This document shows positions 50,440 through 59,800 of a stretch of DNA of 64,000 nt, piece by piece. The DNA lies in NCBI GenBank assembly GCA_964646615.1, contig CAZYEV010000006.1, positions 951-64,950 of the forward strand, read 5' to 3'. Under the pieces are notes generated by a model. It ran no database searches. It was not told the origin of the DNA and saw only the letters and a program-made list of their open reading frames with translations. The first letter of the stretch is position 1. Every line of letters begins with the position of its first letter. The position numbers were made by a program, and so were the translations under genes. This stretch comes from an uncultured Saprospiraceae bacterium (GTDB lineage Bacteria; Bacteroidota; Bacteroidia; Chitinophagales; Saprospiraceae).

Positions 50440-52155
50440 CTACCGCCTCGAAGCCGCATGGCGAGAGGCATTCCGGTTCAAGAGCGCCTGCCACAGCCCG
50501 CTGATGCCCATGACTAAGCCACAACCCAGGGGATTGTACCACAGGTAGGCGTCGCGATCCACGCCGAAGAAGAGCACCAGGATGACGGCCTGGGAAATGA
50601 CAGCCGCCCAGAAAACCGCTGTGCCTTTGACCTTGGGCAGGAAGAAAGCCGTAAAAAAGATGCCCAGGATGGTTCCGTAGAACACTGAGCCGATCATGTT
50701 GACCGCCTGAATCAGGTTTTCAAACAGGTCGGCATAGCTGGCGAACACGACGATGAAGATGCCCCAGCCCACGGTGAACCAGCGCGAGGCGCGGAAGTAG
50801 TGCGTGTCGTCTCGGTCGGTAACGATGGAGCGGCGATAGATGTCGGACACCGACGTGGCCGTCAGAGCGCTGAGTTCGGAGGCTGTGGTGCTCCAGGAGG
50901 CGCAAAAGATCATGGCCAGCATCAGGCCTGTCAGGCCGACGGGCACGTAGCGGAGGATGAAGTGGATGAATACGAAGTCCTTGTCTTTAGGGTCAGTGCC
51001 CGGGCGTGCCTGTTTGACGATGGCTTCGGCCTGCTGGCGCAGGGCTTTGCGTTCGGCGTCCCACTGCTGCAGCTGGTGGCGAATGGGCTGGGGCAATTGT
51101 CCGTTGCTCTGGTGCAGAGTGGTTGTGGCCTCTCGGAGCATTGCCTGTTTGAGGTGGGCAATGCTGTCGTTACGGGCCTCCAATTGCTGGAAAGCGGCCT
51201 CGTAGGGGGTGTTTCGCACGGCTTTCCGATTGGCTTCGTGGAAATACAGCGGCGCGGGGTTGAACTGAAAAAAGACATACACCATCACACCCACCCCTAG
51301 CACCAGCAGCTGCATCGGGATTTTGACAAAGCCATTAAACAGCAGCCCAATGCGGCTTTCGCGCAGCGACTTGCCCGACAGGTAGCGGCCCACCTGGCTC
51401 TGGTCGGTGCCAAAATAGGAGAGGAACAAAAACGTGGCTCCCAGAACACCCGACCAGATGTTGTAGCGATCGTGCACGTCGAACGACCAGTCCACCACTT
51501 GCGTCTTGCCTGTGGCACCGGCTACGGCCCAGGCTTCGGGCAATCCGACGCCATCGGGCAGGCTGTTCAAAGCAATGACAAAGGCCAGAACAAGGCCGCC
51601 CAGCATGATGCTCATTTGCAGCTCCTGCGTGCGGCTCACGGCCGCGCTGCCGCCCGAGGTGGTGTAAATGATGACAAACAAGGCCATGAGCGCGTTGGTC
51701 AGGGCCAGATTCCAGCCAAAGACAGCGCACAGGATGATGCTCGGCGCATAAATGCTGATGGCGGCCGCCACCCCGCGCTGGATGAGAAACAGCAGGGCCG
51801 TCAGCGTGCGCATACGTCGGTCGAAGCGGTGCTCTAAGTACTCATAGGCCGTCGTTACCCGCAGCCGATAGTACACCGGCAGCACAAACGCTACCAGGAT
51901 GAGCATGGCGATGGGCATGCCGAAGTAAAACTGAGCGAACTCCATGCCGTCGGCAAACCCTTGCCCAGGGGTACTCAAAAACGTAATGGCACTGGCCTGC
52001 GTGGCCATGATGCTCAGCCCAATCGTCCACCACGGAAGGTCGCGCTTGCCGGCCAGGAAGTCCTTGCTGGTACCGATGTGGCGGCTTTTCCAGATGCCGT
52101 AAATCACCACCCCCGCCAGCGCCAGCACCAGCACGGCCCAGTCTATTGGCGTCAT
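50440..52155 (-). CDS. Sodium:solute symporter (SSS family) with a long hydrophilic insert
   Basis: DFLAGKRDLPWWTIGLSIMATQASAITFLSTPGQGF start and about 13 TM helices. A roughly 90-aa charged, coiled-coil-like loop (AFQQLEARNDSIAHLKQ...RKALRQQAEAIVKQ) is inserted. Confidence 0.8.
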   Translation of the reverse strand: MTPIDWAVLVLALAGVVIYGIWKSRHIGTSKDFLAGKRDLPWWTIGLSIMATQASAITFLSTPGQGFADGMEFAQFYFGMPIAMLILVAFVLPVYYRLRVTTAYEYLEHRFDRRMRTLTALLFLIQRGVAAAISIYAPSIILCAVFGWNLALTNALMALFVIIYTTSGGSAAVSRTQELQMSIMLGGLVLAFVIALNSLPDGVGLPEAWAVAGATGKTQVVDWSFDVHDRYNIWSGVLGATFLFLSYFGTDQSQVGRYLSGKSLRESRIGLLFNGFVKIPMQLLVLGVGVMVYVFFQFNPAPLYFHEANRKAVRNTPYEAAFQQLEARNDSIAHLKQAMLREATTTLHQSNGQLPQPIRHQLQQWDAERKALRQQAEAIVKQARPGTDPKDKDFVFIHFILRYVPVGLTGLMLAMIFCASWSTTASELSALTATSVSDIYRRSIVTDRDDTHYFRASRWFTVGWGIFIVVFASYADLFENLIQAVNMIGSVFYGTILGIFFTAFFLPKVKGTAVFWAAVISQAVILVLFFGVDRDAYLWYNPLGCGLVMGISGLWQALLNRNASRHAASRR

Positions 52156-52727
52156 TTTGAAAAGGATAAGTAAAGAATGACAAAAATAACCACGGCCAAA
52201 AGCAGCCAGCTGCCGAAGCCAATGCTGTTCTCTCGCCAGATGTTGAACATTTTTTCCATCAGGCTTCGCCAGTCCAGCTCGCCCCCAGAGCCGCGTGTAG
52301 CCGGTTCGTGCACTAAGAAAAAGTACTTGCGCTGCCCTTTGCGCACCTGGTCGCCGTGCTTGGTCAGCACCAGAAAATCGGCGTTCAAAAAGCGAAGGTC
52401 AAACAGCTCGCTTTTGCCGGCCAGCTCCAGAATGAGCGAATTGCTCGTGCCTAATTGCTTCCAGGTGCCTTTGAGCACATTGCCGTCCAGGGACAGCAAG
52501 TACTCCCCACCAGCGTTGAAAATGTGCAGGATAGCCTCGTGAAAGCCCTCGTCGTCGCGCACCTCTTTCCAGCGTTTGCCCAGCCAGAACCCACCCTCGC
52601 GCAGGTCTTCGCCGTACGGTATCACCTTGGGCAGGATGAAATCCAAATGCTGATCCATCGTGCCCAGATCGGCCGGCAACTCCGGGCTTAGTGCGCGGGA
52701 AATATCCTTGAATGTGGTCAGTTCCAT
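52152..52727 (-). CDS. Hypothetical tail-anchored protein translationally coupled to the symporter
   Basis: 191 aa: a soluble domain of about 160 aa plus one C-terminal TM (FGSWLLLAVVIFVILYLSF). Its TGA overlaps the symporter ATG (ATGA at 52152-52155). Confidence 0.55.
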   Translation of the reverse strand: MELTTFKDISRALSPELPADLGTMDQHLDFILPKVIPYGEDLREGGFWLGKRWKEVRDDEGFHEAILHIFNAGGEYLLSLDGNVLKGTWKQLGTSNSLILELAGKSELFDLRFLNADFLVLTKHGDQVRKGQRKYFFLVHEPATRGSGGELDWRSLMEKMFNIWRENSIGFGSWLLLAVVIFVILYLSFSK

Positions 52728-52818
52728 CGCTCGTGCCGTTTTTCGCGGGGTAAAAATCGGTATTCGCCCGCTTCCTGAGCAAAATTCTGCCGACGCAGGC
52801 CCTCTCCTTCACGAATGC

Positions 52819-52854
52819 GTTTTTACCACCCAGGCACAAAGCGGTTTTAGCCAC
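52819..52854. repeat. 36-nt direct repeat, copy R1
   Basis: gtttttaccacccaggcacaaagcggttttagccac. Confidence 0.9.
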
Positions 52855-52887
52855 TTTTCCTATCGTACGTACGCATTCTTACCGCTT

Positions 52888-52923
52888 GTTTTTATCGCCA
52901 AGGCACAAAGCGGTTTTAGCCAC
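52888..52923. repeat. 36-nt direct repeat, copy R2 (33/36 identical to R1; 33-nt spacer between them)
   Basis: gtttttatcgccaaggcacaaagcggttttagccac. Confidence 0.9.
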
Positions 52924-52933
52924 GAATGCACGT

Positions 52934-52972
52934 GGAGGTGTCGTCTTCGACGCACCAGAAAGCGACACCCCC
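52934..52972. repeat. GGTGTCG-core hairpin element, copy H3
   Basis: ggaggtgtcg-(19 nt)-cgacaccccc forms a 10-bp stem with one mismatch. The arm and loop length match H1 (27736-27780). Confidence 0.7.
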
Positions 52973-53008
52973 GAGAATACGAGAGGACTAAGGGTTTTCT
53001 GTAACCGC

Positions 53009-53042
53009 GAGGGCGCAGAGAGAGAAGACTCTCTGCGCCCTC
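53009..53042 (-). terminator. GC-rich hairpin downstream of the PAP2/haloperoxidase-like gene (probable terminator, no clear U-tract)
   Basis: gagggcgcagagag-agaaga-ctctctgcgccctc forms a perfect 14-bp stem. Confidence 0.45.
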
Positions 53043-53105
53043 AGTGGCTTCTATTGTTTCATTGCGTAAAGTGTCGGTTCGGCCGCCGGAGGCTTTCCGC
53101 AAGGC

Positions 53106-54656
53106 CTATTGCGACCCGTCGGTGCGGCCGCGCTGGACGGCGTACTGCCCTACTTTGCGGCCGGTCTCCAGCCCTACCTCGCAGTCGAAGCGGTAGTGGA
53201 TGCAGCCATAGACGCGGGACTCGGACGCCTCTTTGGCCATCGCCTGCAGGTCGCTGGCGTGGTCGGGGAAGAGGTAGGCCAGCACCTCGGCAGCGGCGCC
53301 CGAGAAGGTGGAGTGTCCGGAGGTGTAGGCCGGGAAGTTCGGGATGCCCGTGCTGGTTTTGATGCTGCGGTCGGCTTCGGTGGGCCGCATGATCATGTAG
53401 TGGTACTTGACGTCCCAGCAGGTAACGCCGGCGTCGTGCAAGGCTGTATTGACCAGCGCCATGGCGCGGGCGGAGCGGATCTCATTGAATTGCTTTTCCT
53501 GAATGAGCTCAGCGGCGCGGCGGTTCCAGTGGCCGGGTGGCGTGTAGGAGCCGGGGCCGTCGGCCCAATAGGCAGCGATGCGGAACTGCTCACGGGTGCG
53601 GTTTTTCGTAATACGGCGCAGTTCTTCCATGTCTGCTTCAAACTCCGGCGAGCCGGGCATGGGCGGCATGGGCGGGCGCAGGGCAATTTTGGTGGCATCG
53701 TCGAAGTTCCAGGTTTTCACATAGCCGAACAGCGGCAGCATGGCCGGTCGCTCCGGAATGTCTAAGCTGTGCCATTGCTCCCGGATGCCGCGGCTGGCTG
53801 CGTCGGCGCGCACAGAGTCCATTTTCGACTGGTCGCCGGCGCGGGCCATGCCGTCGTTGCGGGCGTAGGTCAGTACGCGGTTGGCCACAGCCTGACCGAG
53901 CACGCGGCCCGCATGCAGGTCGCTTTCCACATTGGCGCCAGCCCACAGGCGGCTCTGGATGTGCTCTTCGGCCATGCGGTCTAAGTACTCCTTCTCTGCC
54001 GGGAAAAGCATCTTGAGCAACTCACGCGAAGTGATGGCAATGACGGCGTCCTCCGACGGATAGGACGGCAGGTCGTTGGTCGGAATGAGCGGCTCAATGC
54101 TGGTGTCGTACTTGTAAGGCGCCAGCCGGTTGTGTTGGAATTTAGCGTGCCAGGCGGCTACCAAGCCATCGTATTGCGCCACTGCCAGCAAAGCCAGCGC
54201 CCGCGCCGTGTAGGGCGGGTTGGCAAACGGGAAACGCGGATAGGCGGCCGGATTGTTCGGGTCTGGATTAGGATACGTTTTGCCGTCAGGGTTGTAGTTG
54301 GGCGGTACATTGTACCGGGCGGCCAGCTCGCGCGCGATTTCGTGCCAGCGCAATATGGCGTTGCCGCCCCAGAAGCGGGCCAGGCGCTTTTGTTCGGGGG
54401 GAGCAGCGGCCATTTGCCGCTTCAGGTCATTCAGCTCCAGCTGGTACACCGATGAAGTGGGCGCTACCGGAGCGGGCACCGGTATTTCCGAGCCGCTCGT
54501 CAGCACGCACGTCTTCCACGTGCCGCCGTTGGCGTCGAGGCTGGTCTCCGGATAAGGGTCGAGCGCCGGGCTTTCCGGGCTTTTTTCGCAGCGAACTAAG
54601 AGAAAGAGGACTGCTAAGCCTGTGAGTGTCCACCGAAGGTAAGGCGTAGTGTTCAT
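53106..54656 (-). CDS. PAP2-superfamily protein related to vanadium-dependent haloperoxidases / acid phosphatases (lipoprotein-like)
   Basis: Signal with Cys (LFLLVRC). The PAP2 tripartite motif is seen as K..YHYMIMRP, YTSGHSTFSGAAA and SRVYGCIHYRFD. Confidence 0.7.
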   Translation of the reverse strand: MNTTPYLRWTLTGLAVLFLLVRCEKSPESPALDPYPETSLDANGGTWKTCVLTSGSEIPVPAPVAPTSSVYQLELNDLKRQMAAAPPEQKRLARFWGGNAILRWHEIARELAARYNVPPNYNPDGKTYPNPDPNNPAAYPRFPFANPPYTARALALLAVAQYDGLVAAWHAKFQHNRLAPYKYDTSIEPLIPTNDLPSYPSEDAVIAITSRELLKMLFPAEKEYLDRMAEEHIQSRLWAGANVESDLHAGRVLGQAVANRVLTYARNDGMARAGDQSKMDSVRADAASRGIREQWHSLDIPERPAMLPLFGYVKTWNFDDATKIALRPPMPPMPGSPEFEADMEELRRITKNRTREQFRIAAYWADGPGSYTPPGHWNRRAAELIQEKQFNEIRSARAMALVNTALHDAGVTCWDVKYHYMIMRPTEADRSIKTSTGIPNFPAYTSGHSTFSGAAAEVLAYLFPDHASDLQAMAKEASESRVYGCIHYRFDCEVGLETGRKVGQYAVQRGRTDGSQ

Positions 54657-54707
54657 AGCATTTTACCAATTAAGATTGAGACATACGGGTGATAAGAAAG
54701 CAAGCCA

Positions 54708-55613
54708 TTATCGGCTCGTGTTGAACAGATACGAAAGGCCGCCGGAGAGGGTAGTGCCCTGGCCCACATTCCGACCACTCAGGACCTGCCCAAAGGCGGC
54801 TTGCACGGCCAGGCCCTGCCGCACGAAATACTTGGCATAAGCGCCGGCTGTGGTGGCGCGCATGCGGTTGGTCGGTTGCGGCATCTCGTTGTAGCGGATG
54901 TCGTCGCCGCTGGTGCCGGTGAAATAATCCAGCTGGATTTCCGCCTGGAAGCGGTGGTTGATGAAGCCCAAACGCCCGGTGGCGTCGAGCAGGTTGGGCA
55001 CCGGCATCCGGTTGGTGTAGTAGAGCTGGTCGTGAAACAGGAAGGCGTCGCGGTCGGTCGTGACGTCGCTGCGCCAGGTGTGTCCGGCTTGCAGCGTGAT
55101 GTACCACCCTTTGGCATGGGTGTAGTTCGCAATACCGCGCAGAGAGGCCGTCCGGCTTTGCATGCCGATATTCAGCGGCATATAATCGGCGGCGTAGTTG
55201 GTAACCGGTGTGGATAGGCCACCCGTGGCTTGCAGGCGCACCTCACCGCCGCCTACATTCGCCTCAAAGGGCTGATACTTCAGCCACAGCGAAAAGTCCT
55301 GCAGGCCACGCTGGCCCTGCAGGTAACTGGCCGAGCTGTGCGTCCACACATAGGGCAGCGCAGCCAGGACGTTGAGCCGGCGCGAAAGCCCGTAGTCAAA
55401 GCCCAGCATAGCGCTTTGCGTCGTAACGACGCCCAGATTGAGGTTGGAGCGCTTCGTCGGCCCTTCCCAGTAATTCTCCCACCGGGTGTGGGTGTACTGG
55501 GTCAGTACGCACCATTGGCCTTTGGCCATCATCAGAGCGTCGTTGGGCAATTGCGCATACACTCCTTGCAAGCCAAAAAGTAGAAAAGTCAGGAAAAGGT
55601 AGCGTTTGTTCAT
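54708..55613 (-). CDS. Putative outer-membrane beta-barrel protein
   Basis: Signal MNKRYLFLTFLLFGLQGVYAQ, alternating amphipathic strands rich in Y/G/T, and a C-terminal ...GGLSYLF region. ATG verified at 55613. Confidence 0.45.
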   Translation of the reverse strand: MNKRYLFLTFLLFGLQGVYAQLPNDALMMAKGQWCVLTQYTHTRWENYWEGPTKRSNLNLGVVTTQSAMLGFDYGLSRRLNVLAALPYVWTHSSASYLQGQRGLQDFSLWLKYQPFEANVGGGEVRLQATGGLSTPVTNYAADYMPLNIGMQSRTASLRGIANYTHAKGWYITLQAGHTWRSDVTTDRDAFLFHDQLYYTNRMPVPNLLDATGRLGFINHRFQAEIQLDYFTGTSGDDIRYNEMPQPTNRMRATTAGAYAKYFVRQGLAVQAAFGQVLSGRNVGQGTTLSGGLSYLFNTSR

Positions 55614-55894
55614 GGGTAAGGCAATTAAGTGATACAAATTTTGCACCAATCAGGCGCATTCTCTACGACTTCAGGCAAAGGTATAAGATTTGTTGCGCTG
55701 ACGACAAAAAAGACAGGTGCTGACTGAGGCAGTCGCATCCACTCCCGTCGGCACTTATCTACTGACCTCACACAAGATGGCTGCGGAGGCAAGAGGTTGA
55801 AAAAACGCTGAAGACACAGGGCCGCAGAGGTGTTTCTCTCGGCGTTTTTCTGCAGCCTCGGCGATGAAAAAAATCCGGTTTAAAGGCCGGCCGA

Positions 55895-56740
55895 CTACTC
55901 GTATTCCAGCACCGCATACACGGGCAGGTGGTCCGACGGGTAGCGGCAGTTTTTGGAGTCGCTCAGCACGGCGTATTTGCGTGTGCGCAGGTTGGCAGTG
56001 GTGAAGATGTAGTCAATGCGCAGTTCTACGGGTTCGTGGAAGCGGAAGCCGTTGAAGGTGCCGTCAGGCCCAAAGGGCGGCTCCTGGCTGCGCGTGCGGG
56101 TGTCGTAGAGTTCGCGCAGGAGGATTTGCACCGGTTCCGTATTGGGGCCGGCATTGAGGTCGCCCATGACGATGGCCGGGTAGCGCGGGCGCTTCATTTC
56201 CCACAGCCGCATGAGCAACAGCGAGGCCGACTGGCGCCGCGCCTCGCGCCCGATGTGGTCGAAATGCGTGTTGAATACCCACAGACGGCGTTTGGCCACG
56301 GTGTCTTCCAGCAGCGCCCACGTGCAGATGCGCGGCAGGGCGGCATCCCAGCCCTTCGACACCTGCTCGGGCGTGGGCGACAGCCAGAACGTGCCGCTTT
56401 GCTCCACCCGAAAGCGCCGCTTGCGGTAAAAAAGCGCCGAGTATTCGCCTGCCTCGCGCCCATCGTCGCGCCCAACGCCTACCCAGGCGTAATCGGGCAA
56501 CTGCTCCTGCAGAAAGTCGAGCTGGTGCTTCAGCCCCTCCTGCACCCCAAAGATGTCGGGCGCGTAAAAGCGCAGCTGATCGGCCAGCCAGTGCCGACGC
56601 TCCGACCAGGCGTTCTCCCCGTCGGCAGGGTTGTCGTAGCGAATGTTGTAAGTCAGCACCGAAAAAGACGGCTGCGCAGACGCCGCCATCGCCCAAAAGA
56701 AAAAACCTGAGGCCCAAATCAGACAACCGTTCCGAAACAT
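55895..56740 (-). CDS. Endonuclease/exonuclease/phosphatase (EEP) family protein
   Basis: Signal peptide, then SVLTYNIRYD, FGVQEG, VFNTHFDH, IVMGDLN and the terminal SDHLPV motifs of the EEP fold. ATG verified at 56740. Confidence 0.8.
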   Translation of the reverse strand: MFRNGCLIWASGFFFWAMAASAQPSFSVLTYNIRYDNPADGENAWSERRHWLADQLRFYAPDIFGVQEGLKHQLDFLQEQLPDYAWVGVGRDDGREAGEYSALFYRKRRFRVEQSGTFWLSPTPEQVSKGWDAALPRICTWALLEDTVAKRRLWVFNTHFDHIGREARRQSASLLLMRLWEMKRPRYPAIVMGDLNAGPNTEPVQILLRELYDTRTRSQEPPFGPDGTFNGFRFHEPVELRIDYIFTTANLRTRKYAVLSDSKNCRYPSDHLPVYAVLEYE

Positions 56741-56794
56741 GATGAACAAAGGTACTGCGGGGTGGGAGATGAGGGGCGGCTGCTTTTTGACCAC

Positions 56795-56841
56795 AAAAAA
56801 AAAACCGGGCGGCCCCCCTCAATTCTCAGGAGCCGCCCGGT
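56795..56841 (-). terminator. Rho-independent terminator of secDF
   Basis: On the minus strand, accgggcggc-(18 nt)-gccgcccggt is followed by 10 T. Confidence 0.8.
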
Positions 56842-56868
56842 CGCATGATTTTTTCAGAAACGAAAGCC

Positions 56869-59800
56869 TCAGGCCTTCACCTGTTTGGCAGCAGGCCGTG
56901 TGGTGGCGGCGGGCTTTTGTTCCACGGCTTTGCCGGTCAATACGCGCTCGCGCGTCAGGTCAACGACCAGGGAGGAAGCGACGAAGACCGAGGAATAGGT
57001 ACCAAAGAGGATGCCCACCGACATACCGAAAGCGAAGCCTTTGGTGGCGTCGCCGCCGAAGAGGAAGAGCACTAAGGCTGCGGCCAGCGTAGTGCCCGAG
57101 GTGATAAGCGTGCGGCTCAGCGTGGTGTTGATGGCCATGTTGAACACCTCCTCTTTGGGCCGCCCGATGTAAGTGTTGATGAACTCGCGGATACGGTCGT
57201 ACACAATAACGGTGTCGTTCACGGAGTAACCGATGACCGTCAGGATGCAGGCGATGATGGCCTGGTCAATCTCCAACGAGAACGGCACGATGCCGTGCAG
57301 CAGGGTGAAGAACGTCAGCGTGATGAGCACGTCGTGGAACAGAGCCAGCACGGCGCCCAAAGAGAACTGCCAGCGGCGGAAGCGGATGAGCAGGTACAGG
57401 AAGATGAGCGACAGCGCCCAGATAGTGGCGGAGAGCGAGGAGTCTCGGATATCGTCGGCCACTGTTGGGCTGACCTGGCTCGAAGAGAGGATGTACGTGC
57501 CCGAGCCGGAGGTGCTCTTGAAGTTCTCTAAGCTCGTAGAGAAGCCCGCCGCCGTGATGCCTTCGTGCAGTTTGGCGATGACCTTGTCCATCACGTCGGG
57601 GCTGGTGTCGTCAATGAGGTACGAGGTGGTGATGTTGTATGTGTTTTCGGTACTGATGGCCTTCACAATCGGATTGCCGCCTAAGGCCTGCGAGAGCGCC
57701 GGGCGCAGTTTTTCCAACGAGACGGGCTGGTCAAACTTGACATTGAACGAGTAGCCCCCCTTGAAGTCCACGCCCAATTCGAAGCCGCGCAGGAAGAAGG
57801 AGGCGATGCCAATGATGATAATGGCGCTGGAGAAAATGTAGGCGTATTTGCGCTTGCTGATCCAGTCCACGTTGACGTCAACGAGCCACTTTTCCGACCA
57901 GGGGTAGCTGTAGGTCATCTCCTTTCCGCGGTCGAGCCACCACTCCGTCATGAGTCGGCTGACGAGTACGGCGGTGAACATGGTGCTGAAGATACCGACC
58001 ATGAGCACGGTACCGAAGCCTTTGATGGGGCCAAGGCCGAAGTAGATGAGCACAAAGGCCGTGAGCAGGGTGGTTACGTTGGCGTCAATGATGGCCGGCA
58101 GTGCCCGGCTGAAGCCTGTGGCGATGGCTTTGATGCCTTCCATGCCGCCCCGGATTTCCTCGCGGATGCGCTCGTAGATGATCACGTTGGCATCCACGGC
58201 GGTGGCCAGCGTCAGTACGATACCGGCGATGCCGGGCAGGGTGAGCACGGTGCCCATCGAGGCCAGCGTGCCGATGATGAAGAACAGGTTGGCCAGCAGG
58301 GCGATGACGGCCACCACGCCACCGCGGGCGTAATAGGCGATCATGAAGACGCACAACAGCACTACCGACAAGATCATGGCGATGAGCGACTTGCGAATGT
58401 TGTCAGCGCCGAGTGAAGGGCCGACCTGGCTTTCCTGCACGATGCGCGTGCCGGCGGGCAGTTTACCCACTTCGAGAATGTTGGCCAAATCTTTGGCTTC
58501 GTCGAGCGTGAAGCCGCCCGTAATGGACGAGTTGCCGCCCTCGATGGGGTTGATGACGCGCGGAGCGCTGACGACCTCGTCGTCGAGGACGATGGCAATT
58601 TCACGGTTACCACCCTCATATGCCTGGCGCGTCATTTCGGCCCAGATGCGGGCGCCTTCGTTGTTCATCGCCAGACTTACGGTTACCTCGCCTGTGTTGG
58701 GGTCGGGCTGTTCGCTGGCGCGCGTAACGACGCTGCCATCCAGACGCGGTTTATCCTGGTTGCGCCACTTCTTGAGGGCATAGAGTTCGTATTTGCCGGC
58801 GACAGACGTATTGCCGTCGCGTTCGGGCACGGGCTTGAGGCTCCAGCGGAACATCAGGTCCACCGGGAACAGCGCCTTGATGTCGGGGCGCTCGAGCATC
58901 TCGGTGATGGCCTTCATCTTGTTTTTGTCGGCGTACCCGATGACCACGCTGCGCGGGTCGTTGGCGCGCGTCAGCAGGCGGAACAGCGGCCCATCGCCCT
59001 GCGGGGTGGCCGGTTTATCCACAACCTTCATCTCCGGCGTTGCCGACGAGTCCGGCTTGCCGTCGGGGCCAGTAGGGTAGGTGTAGATGGTATCTTTGAC
59101 GGTAACCAGCAGACTGGTGTCGCCCGCCAGGAGGGCTTTCAGGCGGTTGTCGGCATTCTCGAGCGCCTGTGGGATGTTCTCATCGCCAAAGCGGTAGGTG
59201 TCCCAGAATTCCAGTTTGGCGCTCTTTTGCAGCATGTTGCGCGCGCGCTGGGGGTTGTCAATGCCCGGCAGCTCCACCAGGATGAGGTCGCGTGCAGCAT
59301 CCAAGCTGACGTTGGGTTGCACCACGCCGAGCTTGTCAATGCGCTGCTTGAGGCGCTTGTAGGTTTCGTCCACCGTCGTGTTGGCCAATTGGCGCACCAC
59401 GCGCACCACCTCGGCATCGGGCGACTCGAAGTTGATCTGCCCGCGCAGGGTCTCATTGCGGGCGAAGATGGAAGCCAGCGATTTGCCGCCGCCCACCTCT
59501 TTCCACGCATTGGCGAACAGCGTGATGAAATCCGTCTGTTGGGTCTTCTGCTGGTTGGCAGCCTTTTCCAAAGCCTCCAAGAAAGCCGGGTCGGTGCTGT
59601 TGCCCGCCAGGTTTCGGACAAAGTCCTTCAAATCCACCTGCAGCAACACGCTCATACCGCCCTTCAGGTCGAGACCCAAAGCCAGCTGGCTCTTTTTGAG
59701 GTCGGCGTAGGTGAATTTTTTGATGAGTGGAATGGAAAACACCGTTTCGCTGGACAGCGAGTCCAGATAAGCGCTGTAATGCGTCTGCCAGGAAACTGCC

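Noticed and set aside
52819-52923. Calling the two 36-nt repeats a CRISPR array
   Set aside because: There are only two repeat copies and one spacer. No cas genes are in the window, no flanking degenerate third repeat exists, and the region is full of other repeat types. It is reported as a repeat and a finding, not as a CRISPR.
55928-56822. 260-aa plus-strand and 252-aa minus-strand alternative-frame ORFs over the EEP gene
   Set aside because: The EEP catalytic motifs (NIRYD, GVQEG, GDLN, SDHLPV) lie only in the 55895-56740 minus frame.
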